Shown: piece after piece, positions 12,229 to 25,773 of the stretch | Numbering within the stretch: position 1 is the first letter of the stretch | How the letters are laid out: every line of letters starts with the position of its first letter | Assembly: GCF_006345805.1 (NCBI RefSeq) | Contig: NC_043006.1 | Span: forward strand, 103,230,001-103,294,000 | DNA: 64,000 bases | Direction of reading: 5' to 3' | Source of the DNA: Octopus sinensis | Lineage: Eukaryota | Program-made: the position numbers and the translations under genes | The notes under the pieces: generated by a model | The model's input: the letters and a program-made list of their open reading frames with translations, nothing else | Told to the model about the DNA's origin: nothing | Database searches by the model: none

Positions 12229-12634
12229 ATTTATTATATAGAAGGAGCTTCTACAGGACTAGAACTGTTTCATTCAAGAGAAATCTTCAGGAAGCTAGTT
12301 AACAAGAATTGTATTGGCATTTATACATTTAGGCAGGTTTAAAGGAGTGTTGGTGGGGGACTTTTTGGGGGTAGGCATAGCGCAAAATATCATACTTGGG
12401 GGAGTGGTCAAGGAGTCAGTGTTAAATTAGATAGAAGAATATACGCATGCGCGTATATATATGTACGTATATGTATACGTGTGGGTGTGTGTATGTGTAT
12501 AATGTATGTATGTATGGATGTATGTATGTATGGATGTATGTATGTATGTATACGTATGTATGTGTATGTGTGTATATGTATGTATGTGTATGTGTGTGTA
12601 TATGTATATATATATGTATATATGTATATGTATG

Positions 12635-12685
<51 letters not shown>

Positions 12686-13154
12686 ATATATGTGAATATG
12701 TATATATATGTATATATATATATACATGTATGTATTTGTATGTAGGTGTATATGTATGTGTGTGTATTTATATTTATTGGTGTATATGTATAGACTAGCC
12801 TTCTAAGAGTGTAGACATGAATCTGTAGGTACGCGTACGTATGTGTATATACGTGAATGTATGTAGATGTATGTATGTATGAATATAACGCGTGCGTGCG
12901 TGTATGTGTATGAGTGTACGAATGAGTGAGTGTACGTGCTAAAGAGTGTGCGTGAGTAAATGAGTGCTTGTTTTCCAGTAGACAGATAAATGGACTGGCT
13001 GTCATAGCCAAGATGTTTGTGACCGGCGATCAAAGATAACAAAAGTAATAAATGAAGATAATAAAATTAAAATTAGGGAATGGGTCTGTATTTGTATGTG
13101 TATATATATGTGTGTATGTGTAGGTATGCATAGGTACACATATGTATATATATA

Positions 13155-13229
<75 letters not shown>

Positions 13230-13853
13230 ATGTATGTGTGTGTATATGTGTGTGTATGTGTATATATGTGTATATAGGGACTAGTGTGCTGTGTGTGCAT
13301 ATGTGTGTGTGGATATGTGTGTGTATGCGTGTATGTGAGTATGTGTGGTCGTGTGTGTATATATACATGTGTGTATACGTGTATGCATGTGAGTGTGTGT
13401 ATGTATACATATATGTGTATGTGTAGATATGTATATGTATGTGTAAGTGTATATATATGTATATATGTGTGTGTGTACGTATGTGTGTATGTATATGTAT
13501 ATATGTTTGTATGTGTGTGTATATATGTATACATATGTGCATAGGTATAAGTGAGAATCTCCTTATTTACCTAAAACTCTATTCCCTTTTTTTATATATA
13601 TTTTTATATATTTTTTAATATATTTTTTAATTTTTTTATTTATTCTTCTATGTAATTTAACACTGACTCCTTGACCACTCCCCCAAGTATGATATTTTGC
13701 GCTATGCCTACCCCCAAAAAGTCCCCCACCAACACCCCTTTAAACCTGCCTAAATGTATAAATGCCAATACAATTCTTGTTAACTAGCTTCCTGAAAATT
13801 TCTCTTGAATGAAACAGTTCTAGTCCTGTAGAAGCTCCTTCTATATAATAAAT
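12229..13853. mobile_element. 213-bp inverted repeat pair (12229-12441 / 13641-13853) of Penelope pLTR type flanking a microsatellite-rich spacer
   Basis: About 3 mismatches counted between the arms by eye; each arm carries a hammerhead-like fold near its outer end. Confidence 0.75.
12246..12296 (-). ncRNA. Hammerhead-ribozyme-like motif (type I), family D
   Basis: agcttc-CTGAAGA-tttc/tctt/gaat-GAAA-cag/ttctagtc/ctg-TA-gaagct. Stem I has 6 bp and stem III 4 bp; stem II has 3 bp with a U.U at 10.1/11.1. The mirror copy at 13786-13836 (+) has CTGAAAA. Confidence 0.6.
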
Positions 13854-14942
13854 TAATTTTACTCTACTATGTATTGAGTACCTTATTTACTGTGGTTAAC
13901 CCCGAATCAACCCGGGACCTACATATTATATATATATATATACATTTACACATACAAAATTGTAAAGTCTCACACATATCCGTGTATATCTAAAACTTCA
14001 TTCACACACGAATACACATGTCTGTCTGTGTATGTGTATGTTTATATATACACACATATGTATATTTTAATATATAAAACATACTTTGTGTGTTTTCTGT
14101 GTGCGTGCATTCCATATGGATTCGAAAACTGACTTGCCGATATTGGTGTATGAGATATCAAAATATTCAGTTATGTTTCGCCTACCAAATAAAGGATGTT
14201 TTTTTTACACAACTCTTTATTACTACAAGAATAACCTCGGAAACGAGGTCAGATCGCACTATTTTGACGTCTTTAAGAAAAGGAGGCAACTCTGACTGAA
14301 CAATATACATTACATAGTTTATAATGAGAAAATGTTTGAAAGAAATGTCGTTTAACCAGGGAAGAAGCTTCGAAGATATACCGTCAAATTTATAAGTATT
14401 ATTTAGAAGACAAGCTTTTAATGTGAAGTATGTTATATATGTATGTTTTGTTTAGCCCAGAGTTGCCTCTGATGTAACAGACCCGTCCCTATTTTCTGTT
14501 ATTTTCCTGAAATACTGTAAATTTGTGTCTTTTATTTGATGAAAATGTGTGTTTTAATAGATATTTAGCTGCTATTTGTAGCATCTCAAATTACCACAGA
14601 CCTCTCTCTCTCTCTTTGCGTGTGTGTGTGTGTGTGTTTTGTGGTAAAAACATATGTTTCCCCACTATTTTGCACAATAATTTTAAAAGCAATGTGGACA
14701 TCTTTCTGATTGCTAAATTAAAATTACAATTGTTAATTGCTGGAAGTCAAGTAGACTGTGGTGTATATATAGTGTTATTTTAAAGAGTGTATGTGAGAGC
14801 GTGTGGAAGGGGCACACATACATTCATACATACATATATACCTACATATACACAGATAGAAACACATAGAATACATACATACATGCATGCATATATATAT
14901 ATATATAATATATATATATTATATATATGTTATATATATATG

Positions 14943-14974
<32 letters not shown>

Positions 14975-15110
14975 TGCATACATATATATACACATATGCA
15001 ATTTGATTTGATTTGATCTAGTTTCGGCTCATGAGCTGTGGCCATGATGGGGCACCGCCACTTGATGCTGCTGCATAATTTTACTTCTCGAATACTTTTT
15101 AGAAATTGAC

Positions 15111-15594
15111 GTTTGGTGCATGAGGGAGTTTGGTGCATGAGGGAGTTTGGTGCATGAGGGAGTTTGGTGCATGAGGGAGTTTGGTGCATGAGGGAGTTTG
15201 GTGCATGAGGGAGTTTGGTGCATGAGGGAGTTTGGTGCATGAGGGAGTTTGGTGCATGAGGGAGTTTGGTGCATGAGGGAGTTTGGTGCATGAGGGAGTT
15301 TGGTGCATGAGGGAGTTTGGTGCATGAGGGAGTTTGGTGCATGAGGGAGTTTGGTGCATGAGGGAGTTTGGTGCATGAGGGAGTTTGGTGCATGAGGGAG
15401 TTTGGTGCATGAGGGAGTTTGGTGCATGAGGAGTTTGGTGCATGAGGGAGTTTGGTGCATGAGGGAGTTTGGTGCATGAGGGAGTTTGGTGCATGAGGGA
15501 GTTTGGTGCATGAGGGAGTTTGGTGCATGAGGGAGTTTGGTGCATGAGGGAGTTTGGTGCATGAGGGAGTTTGGTGCATGAGGGAGTTTGGTGC
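15111..15594. repeat. 17-bp minisatellite (gtttggtgcatgaggga) x ~28.5
   Basis: 27 perfect 17-mers, one 16-mer (near 15421-15435) and a 9-nt partial unit; no spacers. Confidence 0.97.
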
Positions 15595-15648
15595 TGCTGT
15601 CCTCATTTGCGTTGTCTGCTGTGAAATTGGTTCATCTATGGCATACAT

Positions 15649-15693
<45 letters not shown>

Positions 15694-16820
15694 CCTACAT
15701 ATATACATACATACATATGTATATATATATATATATACATATATACATACACATATATATGTATATATGCATGCACACATACATATACATACATATATAC
15801 ATACATAAATACACACACACACACATATATACATACAAATATGCATACATGCATATATATATATATATATATATATTTAGATTATTGTTGGAAGATACTA
15901 CTATGTGGGCGGGTATATTTTTATACCCGCCTTTAACTCTGTAGGAGTGGCAGTTAATAGCTGTATGATGGTCAAAAGTAATGTTCTCTTTTATAAATTA
16001 TAAATTTCAGATTCCTGCAACACTGACCTAGAATTTCTGTCACCACAGAAATAAACTAAACTTTGTAGGTTGTGTACTTACACCCCTTCCTCCCATAATG
16101 TCCCATAATGTCCTTTTTGGGATGGTTTCTGCTTCACTGACTTCTTTTGCGACTTCTTTTAGCCAATATAGCCAATCTGTTCTTCCAACATAGTAGTTTG
16201 GTGTAACGAATAGAAGTGTGATCAACATCTTCTCATATATCAGGAAATTACATCTACATTATTATGGATACATTCATCTTCTCTGAATATAAAAAATCTT
16301 CTCATATCCCCGGAAATTACACCTGCATTATTATGGATGGATTTACCTTTTCTGTGAAGCTAATAAACTTTTTTAAAAACCTTTTATAAAACTGTGCATC
16401 GTTAGAGAACATTTGAAGTCTGCTTACAATCTAACTTTGCTTTTCATAGAACTCTCTTCGATACTTCATGAGTGTAGCCTCACCCCCTAGAATGTTTGGA
16501 AAACTCATATGTGTTTTGGCTGATGAATACGGGACGCTTGTATTTGCTGCAATATTTGCAGCTTTTAATAAAGCTGTTCTTCGTATGAAACAATTGTACT
16601 GAAAAACTAATCTATTCTTGTTACTTTTTTCTTGTGTATATATATACGACGGGCTTTTTCTCAGTTTCCATCTACCAAATCCACTCACAAGACTTTGGTC
16701 GGCCCGATGCTATAGAAGACATGCCCAAGGTGCCACGCAGCCGCACTGAACCCAGAAGCCTGTGGCTGGTAAAAAAACTACTTAACACACAGCCACTTCA
16801 GTGCCTATAGAAATGATGAA

Positions 16821-16962
16821 CAACATTAATCGATTTTCGAATCTTATTCTGTTCTCATCAGAGGCGTCTATATCATTCTGAAAGTCTCATATGTAGAAGA
16901 TATGAAGTTAGAAATGTTATAATATCATCCTGGAGCATTTTCTTCGTTTTCAATTTTACCCA
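16821..16962 (-). mobile_element. Penelope-type pLTR fragment, family E, with hammerhead-like motif at 16821-16868
   Basis: Minus strand: gacgcct-CTGATGA-gaac...gattc-GAAA-atcgat-TA-atgttg. Perfect core and palindromic stem III; stem I is weak. Confidence 0.5.
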
Positions 16963-16966
16963 TATA

Positions 16967-17022
<56 letters not shown>

Positions 17023-18613
17023 GATAGATACATACACACACACACGCACACACATACACATGTATGTATATATATAAATACATATAAATATATGTACAAA
17101 TATATGTAATATATATATATATATATATATATATACGTACATATATATATATATATATACATATATACGTATGAATATATATATATATACGTACATATAT
17201 ATATATATATAATTTAATGTATGTCTCATATCTACTTAACCTCGTTCGTTATTATTACGATAGCTATTGTCATTTCTCATAAGCATTAATCAGATACCCA
17301 GACACGATTTAACGCTTCCTCAATAATTAACATTATTTCACTGACATTTCTCAACATGCTTTCATTTCACTTCTTACATCGACGACTTCGTTAATTTGAT
17401 AATATTCTTACTACTGTTCAAATTTCTTCAAATTAGCATAATTTCATAACATCTCAGAATTCTACAGTAAAAGAACTTCATCTTACTCGTCTAAATTCTT
17501 TAACCATAAATTCCACTTTGCTCTTTGTATTCAAGCATTTAAATACATTTTCTTTTTTTGCCATCTTAAATTTTAGCTCTGTACATAACATATTTGTCTG
17601 TCAATTTTAAAATATTCAAACTGTTTCTTTCACATTTTATACATTTTACTCAAATACTTTTGTCTATTCTTTTGGCCGTAGGCGTGATGCCTGAAATTTT
17701 GATCGCAGAGAGTAACCACTTACATGTCAGTGTTAAACCGTTATTTATTTCATCCAATGTGAAAGGACCAAAACGGGAATTTGATCTTAGAATGAAAAGG
17801 CTGAAGAAATGCCACTAAGAACTTTGCCCAGCATGCTAACGATCTTGCTGGCTTGGCAGCCTTATAATAAACTCTTAATCCTATAGAAAACATTAATGTC
17901 GAACATTATTCAAATACGGATTAATCAGTAACATATTACAATGTTTCTCCTATCCTTTCATAGAATACTATTTGCACTATTATCTCTCTCTATTTCAGCC
18001 TATCTTCCTTGTTTACAAATTATGCCGAAGAATTTCACCTGTGAGTGAAACCGAATCACAATTTTTAAAATTTACACGCGAATAAATAATTATGACAGTT
18101 GAAGACGATTCTATTCAAGGAATACCTTTAAAAGTTTTAAGAAGGTCGGTATAGAAATTTTGAAGGATGTTTCGACATTAAAGGCACAGACGTGGCTTTG
18201 TGGTAAGCAGCTTGTTTCGCAGCCACATGGTTCCGAGTTCAATTCCACCGAGTGGCACTCACGCCTTACGAGTGGATTTGGTAGACCGAATGTGTGTGCG
18301 TGTTTTTGTCACCCACCAGCGCTTGACGACCAGTGTCGGTTTGTTTACGCTCCGTAACTTAACTGTTCAGCAAAAGAGACCAATAAAATAAGAACTATGT
18401 TTAAAAAAAATCCTGTGGTTAATGTGATCGATCAAAACCCTTGAAGGTGCTGCCCCAGCATGGCCTGAGTCAAATTAGCGAAATAAGTGAAAATAGAAAG
18501 AAAAGATTATTGCTACAAACACCATAATGTCAAGTTTTGTGATTTGTTTGTTCCATTGGCACACTTATAGGAACAGAGATGAAATATTGGTAAACTGCGG
18601 ATTTCTATCTCAC

Positions 18614-18674
18614 CATAGCGGAAGCACAACCAACAGCTGAAAGTATGAGAAGGCTAACAACATCAACCATAATC
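18614..18674 (-). CDS. Candidate 61-bp hydrophobic exon (unidentified)
   Basis: Acceptor ttgattccatctctacag and donor gtgaga. Open frames are IMVDVVSLLILSAVGCASAM or LWLMLLAFSYFQLLVVLPL; no homology recognised. Confidence 0.25.
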
Positions 18675-18724
18675 CTGTAGAGATGGAATCAACTGTGTAT
18701 CCCCGTTTATTTTAATTGCAATGT

Positions 18725-18921
18725 ACGTTCTTTTACTTGCATCAGTGGTTTCATTGCAGTCATGCTGGAGCACCGCCTTCAGTTGAACAATTATTGAAAT
18801 TACTTTTTGTAAGCCTAGTGCTTATTCTATCCGTCCCTTTGCCAAACTACTAAGTTACGGGGGCGCAAACACACCAACATCGGTTGTCAAGCGATGGTTG
18901 AAGGACAAACACAAGCACACA

Positions 18922-18964
<43 letters not shown>

Positions 18965-19125
18965 CACACACACATGCATATGTATATGGGCTTTCTTCAG
19001 TTTCCATCTACCAAATCCAACTCACAAGGCTTTGATCGGCCCGAGGATATTATAGAAGACTCTTGATCAAGATGCCACGCTGTGCGTCTGAACCCAGAAC
19101 AATGTGGTTCAACGGAACACCTTGA
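18725..19125 (-). mobile_element. CORE-like SINE with internal (CA/TG)n microsatellite
   Basis: Reverse complement matches 61460-61876 (…gccttgtgagttggatttggtagatggaaactgaaga…ggcggtgctccagcatg…). Confidence 0.85.
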
Positions 19126-19470
19126 TTGCGAAATTGACGTGCAATTGGCTGAGCGCTCCACAGATACGTGTACCCTTAATGTAGTTCTCATGGAGACTCA
19201 GTGTGACACAGTATGTGACAAGACTGGCCCTTTGAAATACAGGTACAACTCATGTTTGCCAGCTGAGTGAACTGGAGCAATGTGAAATAAAGTGTCTTGC
19301 TGAAGGACACAACGCGTCGCCGGGAGTTGAATTCACTATCGAAGAACGTAGGCTCGAAACGTAAAAGACTTTTTCACTTTCCGGGAGTTAAACTAATACA
19401 TCTATTTGTTGTTTACACACCAATCTTGCGATCGTGAGCCGAATACCCTAACCACTAAGCTACGCGCCTT
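19126..19470 (-). mobile_element. tRNA-headed CORE-like SINE (head 2, tail Y) interrupted by a pLTR family A fragment (19336-19428)
   Basis: Shares the cagctgagtgaactggagcaa…gacacaac domain with 28151-28810 and tail Y with 36076-36464. Confidence 0.8.
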
Positions 19471-19699
19471 CACACACACCCACACACACACACACACATT
19501 AATGTATGTGTCTATTGTGGTGATAATTATAATCCTTTCTACTCGAAGCACAAGGCTTCAAATTTGGAGAAAAGGATTAAGTTGATTACATCAACCCCAG
19601 TGCGTAGGTGGTACTTATTAATCGACTCCAAAAGGATGAAAGGCAAAGTCGACCTCGGCGTACATTCACACGGGCCATTCTCGCCACATGCACCCAATT

Positions 19700-21700
19700 T
19701 TTAAAAAAAATTATTGGCGAATGGGTGGGGGCAGAACTTTCCTCTTACTCTCATTTTCCTTTTCAAGTTCCACTTGAAAAAGTCGTTGAGGGCTTCACCA
19801 AAGAGGAAAGTATCTGTCTTCAGCCCTTTCAATCTCGTCCACCACCCTACTTGTTTTCCCTTGGCCACCAGACAGAGGAAAGCTGCCTTTTTTTCCCGGC
19901 CAAAGGAAGGCGGCGGGGAGATAATCACGATGGACTGATAACCGGATCCGTCCTACATGTAATAACAGCTGTTCGATAAAACTCCTCATGTTAGTAATGC
20001 ACGGACAATGGACGAATGCGAGCATGACGGTTTCGTTGCCCTGCACTCATCTCGGACAGGTCAGTCCGACAGCACTTCTGCGTCTGTAGAGCTTTTTTTC
20101 GTACCGGCAGAGGATTTCTGGAAGTTATCCATAGGCCCCAACCCGGAAAGTCCTCCCGAATGACCAGTTAATTGATCCTTCCCGACGTTTACAGTTTTCC
20201 CGAAGACGTCGTCGCTCTTGCCCGTCACTAATCCCCTACTGAACTCCATGGTGGAATTCCACCAACCGCATTGCTCGACTTTGCAGAAAGCTGTGAGCTC
20301 TTGCTGAAACTCCAGGTGCCAAGAACCCTTTCTTGGTCTACGCTTGACCTAGGACTGTAGCTCCGTCAATGAGAGGATCTGCGGAAAATCCTGCTTGACA
20401 AATGGCAAACATACTTTTTCACTGTTAAAAAAAGTGCTGGAGTTATTGCAGCCTCAGTGCGTGTCTGCGTATCATTAGCCACAGCATGCTAAATCCTCTA
20501 CTTAGCGGCTGGTGACAACATATGGATCATCTGACGATCGGAACATGTTCCTTCCACAGAAAGCGGAAGAGCAAGCACTCCAGCTTAGTCAGCTATGAAG
20601 CATGGCATGGGAATACGATCAGGTGGTAGTAGATGACACAAGCAATGTGCGCATTCGCCACCCACCGCCCGACCATTCAGGGATAGCTTCCTCTCTGCCC
20701 ATTTCTGGGTGAGATTAGTTACCCTGCTCATTACCTCCTCACAGGTCTTGCCCACCTGGAGGTCCGGACTAAACCAGACATCGAGCAATTTAACTGGTTC
20801 TTCCAACCAGCGCCCTACAACGCTGTCGGTTACCATAGACCTGCCTCTCCAGGCGCCGAGCTGCAGGCCTACCGACTTGTCCCGATTAATTTTTGCTCTT
20901 GTCACCGCTTCGTACTCTCTTAAGGTAGAGCCGCTCACCTCGATTTGTGAGCTGTCCGACACTATTAGGGTGACGTCGTTCGCATTAGCCGACACGAAAA
21001 TCCCGCATCCTAGATCACGCCGGATGCCCCTCGAAATATCCAACTTCCTCCGTGAAGAGAGAGAGTGAGCATTCTTGACTGATCGAGCGAGTGATGCTAA
21101 ATGGTTCCGACAGATGGCCGTTTACTTTGACCACAGAACAGATGCTGCTATACACTGCTGCGCTCCAGCCTCTGAAATCGAGACTGAGACCGGCCGCTGC
21201 AAGGACAGCCTCTAAATGTTGATGGTCGATTCTTTCAAAATCTTTCGTTTGATTCAAATTCGTTTCCCACCCCCTCTATGATGTAGCACGTGGATAGATC
21301 TATTAAGTAAAGCGCACTTCTGTGCGTTGCCCACCAGATTACAGACGACAATCGCAAACCTCTTGGCTAACACCTTGACCAATCTTATCATCTTTGTTTA
21401 ACAGAGTTATGGGCCGAAAATCATCTATTTGGTCCCCATTGCTCGGATCCTATCTCGACAGCACAACCACGCCACGGTATTCTCCCGTTCTGCTGCCAGT
21501 TGTAGTAGACATCTGCCAAGAGATCACCGAACAAGTCTGGCATATGAAAATAAAGATCGAAGGGCAGACCATATATACCTGGAATCTTCTCCCCCTCCAT
21601 TCCAGGCTGACTAAGAGATGCGTATATCTCAAAATCATCGAAAACGGGCACTAGATCGCGTGTCGTAAATCCTGGTTTTGTTGACGGCTGTCACATCCAC
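19700..21700 (-). pseudogene. Tx1/L1-clade LINE ORF2 remnant (RT and C-terminus)
   Basis: Fragments: DFRPITLLN..KVLAKRF, QTKDFERIDHQHLEAVL, SRSISQEC, VSANANDVTLIV, YEAVTRAKINRDKSVGLQLG, FFKWNLKRKMRV. Many stops and frameshifts. Confidence 0.9.
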
Positions 21701-21899
21701 AGATAGTAACTTGAGGTCATTGAGCAGGCGACCTTGCTTTCAGGGTGACCCTGCTTCCAGGGTGACCCCAGACCACGAACATTCCTACTTCCTATTCTTA
21801 AACCACTTATGATTACCGGACAGAATTTGGAGAAGACACAAAAGGCGTCTACTTACTCCTCAGTTGTCGCCGGAAATCAGGTAGCTCAAAGTCCATGAG

Positions 21900-23700
21900 T
21901 TATTGGGGTTTCTCTGGGAACCCCTTTGAAAGCCTACTCGTGGCCTTTTCATGAAGGGTCTTCACGTCTTGCGGGAAGCTTTCCCTAATTAGTTTATATG
22001 CCTCTATGGGCATTCGCACCAACAGTTTTTCTGGTACTTGAAAAGTCCTGGTATTAAAGATCACACCTTCTCTCTCGACATCCTTCATGCTAACAGGTCC
22101 ATTAAGTGTTGTTGTTGTTGTGCTTTGTTTTAGTTGGTTGTTAAAGTTGGGGTAGTGTTGATGGAGCAGTTTGCTATTGTGATGCTGGGTAGGTTTTAGG
22201 TGTATCTGCGGCAGTTGTATGTTTGTTTCCTAAGTTTTTTGCTGTGTGTGTTGAAGTGAGACATGCTGTTTTTTTGTGTTTCCTTTTCATTGTTTTTTTT
22301 TTTCGGTTTTGGGGGTTTCCTCTCATTTTCGCTGCGTGTAGCCGATGAATCTGTGTCTGTGGAATCAGGGTGTGAGTCAAAGGGGTTTGAAGTAGAAAGA
22401 GGGAGAGGAAGAGCTTCGTTGACAGAGCCACATATTGTCTCTTCTGCTGTTAAAGCGAGTGAACCTGGTGCATCTGTTGCTTGTACTGTTGCTGTTGCTG
22501 TTGATGCTGGTGTTAGTGATTTATCTTCGCTTATTGGTTTTACTGTTCTTGATGATGAGGATGCCGTTGTTTCCGGGGCTGGAGCAGATTTCATTGCTGG
22601 TCGTTGTTGTTGAGCTTTTTGCTAACCTGGTGTTGGCAGTAAGGGACTTCCATGTTTCCCTGTCTTCTGCTAAGGGAATTAGGCTCTCAAGTGCCCTGCC
22701 GCTTCACATAGGTGACATCGTGGCACTCTCAACTGAAACATGTAATTCTTCCCCTCCTGGAAGGCGAATCAGGTCTGGGATCTTGTGAATAGCTCTGGTT
22801 GAATGTGGTGGAGAACCTCCACACTGGTCCCTGACCAATTTTCATGTTGTGTCCTCCTCAATTCCAGGGTGCTGTTACTCCATTCCAAAACTATCACCAC
22901 AACCCATCATAACTTTACCCCCGGCGGTATTCTAGCTATCATCTTGTTTATGCGAACCATCCTCCTGCCTAAATAGGATGGATGGAGCACACCCGACAGG
23001 AACCACGGAATGTTTGGCAACCAGAGCTTCAAAATTTAAGGAGTACTGAAATGCCCGAAAACTGTTTTGCCCTCGAAATATGTAGAATGTCCGGCATTAT
23101 TTTTTTCAGTGCCCATTCCACGTCCGCTTGGCTCTCCATCCCTAGCCACTTCGTGTTTACGGAGAATAATCTATACAACACAGTTTTTGTCTTTGTTTCT
23201 ATTAAGACCTCGATGACGATAGTAATTTCCGCTCACACTTTTTCCCAAGTTTTATTAATTTAGCTGCCGCTGCTAGGCGCATGTCCTTCTGAAGCAGATC
23301 AATGCAAAAGAATTCCTTGCTCTTGGCTGCCGCTAAAGTGAATGAATTTTTGCCATTTATTATGTTATTCATTGTAGTGTTGGAGGTGGTGGAGTCGGTT
23401 GTTGTGATACTGTTGCTATGTGCTGTCTTTAGTTTATTCGTTGTAGTCGTGGTGGTGCTGCTATGAGCTGTCTTTTGTGTTGGAATATTCCATTGGATTG
23501 GAGGGAATTCAGCTCCGTAGTTTCTTAAGTCGCTGAATTGGTTGCTTCTATTATTTTTGATTGACGATTTGGCCATTTCTTGCTCGAGAATTTGAACCTG
23601 CTGTGTGCTCGTCTCCCCTTCTATTTGTGGGTAGTAGTCGTAGGACACTAAGGCATTTTGCACCTCTCAATGTGAAGCACACCTCATCCGATGTCTTTCA
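21900..23700 (-). pseudogene. Probable ORF1 remnant of the same Tx1/L1-clade LINE
   Basis: Same strand and upstream of ORF2. Degenerate zinc knuckle CHLCEAAGHLRA*(C)P near 22670-22715, S/T/K-rich low-complexity stretches, and a 153-aa open N-terminal segment at 23202-23663. Confidence 0.6.
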
Positions 23701-23900
23701 ACAAACCTGGCTTCGCCTTGTTTGTTTTTTTAATAAATTTTGAAAAATTGATTCTGAGATTACAGCCCCCAAAAGGGCACTAACAACCCAAAACAGCGAA
23801 CCTATGCAAAATGTGGTGCTTTGGTCAAACGTTTAGAGCCACAGTAAGTATTTAACAACTTTTGGAAACCAAAATTATTATTATTATTATTATTATTATT

Positions 23901-25701
23901 CTATGTTTGACTTTTGCTTTATGTCTGTACAAGTTGGCTCCAAGTCTCACCCAGAGACCTCAAGAGACAACAGGTTGGAAGTTCTGTGCCATATATTTGG
24001 GTTTTTTTTTTTTGGTGTTTTACTAGTGAATGTCTAATACATAAAAAAAATAATAAATAAATAAATAAATAAATAAATAAAAGTTTGTTTTAAACCTTGG
24101 GATTACATAGAGAGTATTTTGCGTAGGATATGAGCAGTTCCCATGAGCACTATCTTTTGAATTTCTGCCATTTTGGGATTTCCTGGTATCTGAGGTAGCA
24201 ATCAGTCCCTTTCGCTATCATTCCCAGGGCACCTATGACAACAGGTATTGTTTTAGTCTTCAGCTTCCACATTTTGCTGATTTCTATTTCAAGATCTTTA
24301 TATTTGCTCAGTTTTTGGTAGGTCTTGACAGATACGTTTATATCGATTGGGACAGTCATATCAATGAGGAGGCATGTTCTTTGTCTGAAGTCTTTCAATA
24401 TAATGTCTGGCCTATTTGCATCTATCTTCCTGTCAGTTTGAATGGTGAAGTTCCAGAGGAGTGAGATGTGGTCATTTTCAAGCACAGGAGGTGGATTGTG
24501 TTCCCACCAGTTTTTTCATGGGGCAAATCCAGGTTTTTGCAAATTACCCAGTGAATATATTGTGCAGCTCTATCATGCCTACTGAGGTACTCTGTAGGCG
24601 CTAGAAGACTGCATTTGGGAACACATGGTCAATGGTTTCATTTTGTTGTCGGCATACACGACATGTTGGGCTACTGCCGTTCTTTAATATGTTGCCTGGT
24701 AGTTTCTTGTTGGTAGGCATTGATCTTGAGCTGCTATGATAACCCCTCTGTTTCAGATTTTAAGCCAGAGGCCATTAGCATTGATGGGTCAGGGCTTTGT
24801 CGATATCTGCATTATTCGCTCTCTTTGGGTATTTGCCATAGAGAGGTTTTTCTTGCCATTTATCATTCAGAATATCTAAGGCCGCAGTTTTGGCACAGGT
24901 TTTCATGCGCCTAGCTTTTTCTGTGCTTGTTTCTTGTATATCTATCTCTAATTCTGAAATTGGTTGTATTCGAAATTCACTTAGATATTCCTTTGCCTGT
25001 TTTGTGACTGAGTATGATGCTTTCTTGTTTTCATGTTTTGAGACAAGTTTTAACATCCAGTCCTCAGAGTTTTTCAGGTAGGTGTCTAGGCCAATTGTAG
25101 CAATCTTCATTGTTATTGCCAGTTGCAAAAGACCACGGCCTCCCTCTTTTCTTGGCAGATAGAGTCGTTCTGTATCTGCCTTAGGGTGGTGCATTCTATG
25201 CATTGTCAACAGTTTCCTTATTTTTCTGTCGAGCTGACATATTTCAGTAATTGACCAGTTAACAATATTGAAACTGTAAGTCACGACTGGTATGGCTAAT
25301 GCATTGATCGCTTCGATCCTGTTTCTTGCATTCAGCTCTGTCTTGAGTATTGCTCTCACTCTTCGATAGCATTCTCTCCTGATCCTTTTCTTCATCACTG
25401 AATGCCTTATTCCGTCCCCTTCAATTACCCCTAGGTACTTGTAGCTCTCCGCTGGGTCTAGTTCTTTTATTACATTCTGTTGGTCAAGGTTAACGTTAGA
25501 TGTTTCTGTCATTTTTCCTTTGATAAAGGTAGCCTTTGCACATTTATCGAGGCCGAATTGCATTCTGATGTCGTCACTGAATTGTTTGACTATCGTTAGT
25601 AAGCCCTTGAGTTGTTGATCATTTTTTGCAAAAAGCTTTAAATCATCCATGTAAACGAGATGATTTATATTTTTATCAAACATTTTATACCCGTACTGCG
25701 C
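23901..25701 (-). mobile_element. R4/Dong-clade non-LTR retrotransposon, 5'-truncated, embedded in (TAA)n
   Basis: 302-aa ORF with HLVYMDDLKLF, FGLDKC, YKYLG and HHPKADTERLYLPRKEGGRGL. Then CCHC (CRVC...ETIDH...C) and RLE (ANRPDII...LLIDMTVP...KLSKYKDL). (ATT)n at both ends (23874-23900 and 25703-25772). Confidence 0.95.

Positions 25702-25773
<72 letters not shown>

Noticed and set aside
14842-15846. 334-aa and related ORFs with MHQTPSCTKLPHAPNSL repeats; possible CRISPR array
   Set aside because: The peptide period arises from a stop-free 17-bp unit and appears in several frames. There are no spacers and no cas genes, and the DNA is eukaryotic.
16222-16350. Two ~65-bp diverged direct repeats and a nearby 10-bp duplication
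   Set aside because: Ordinary local slippage duplications with no further structure.
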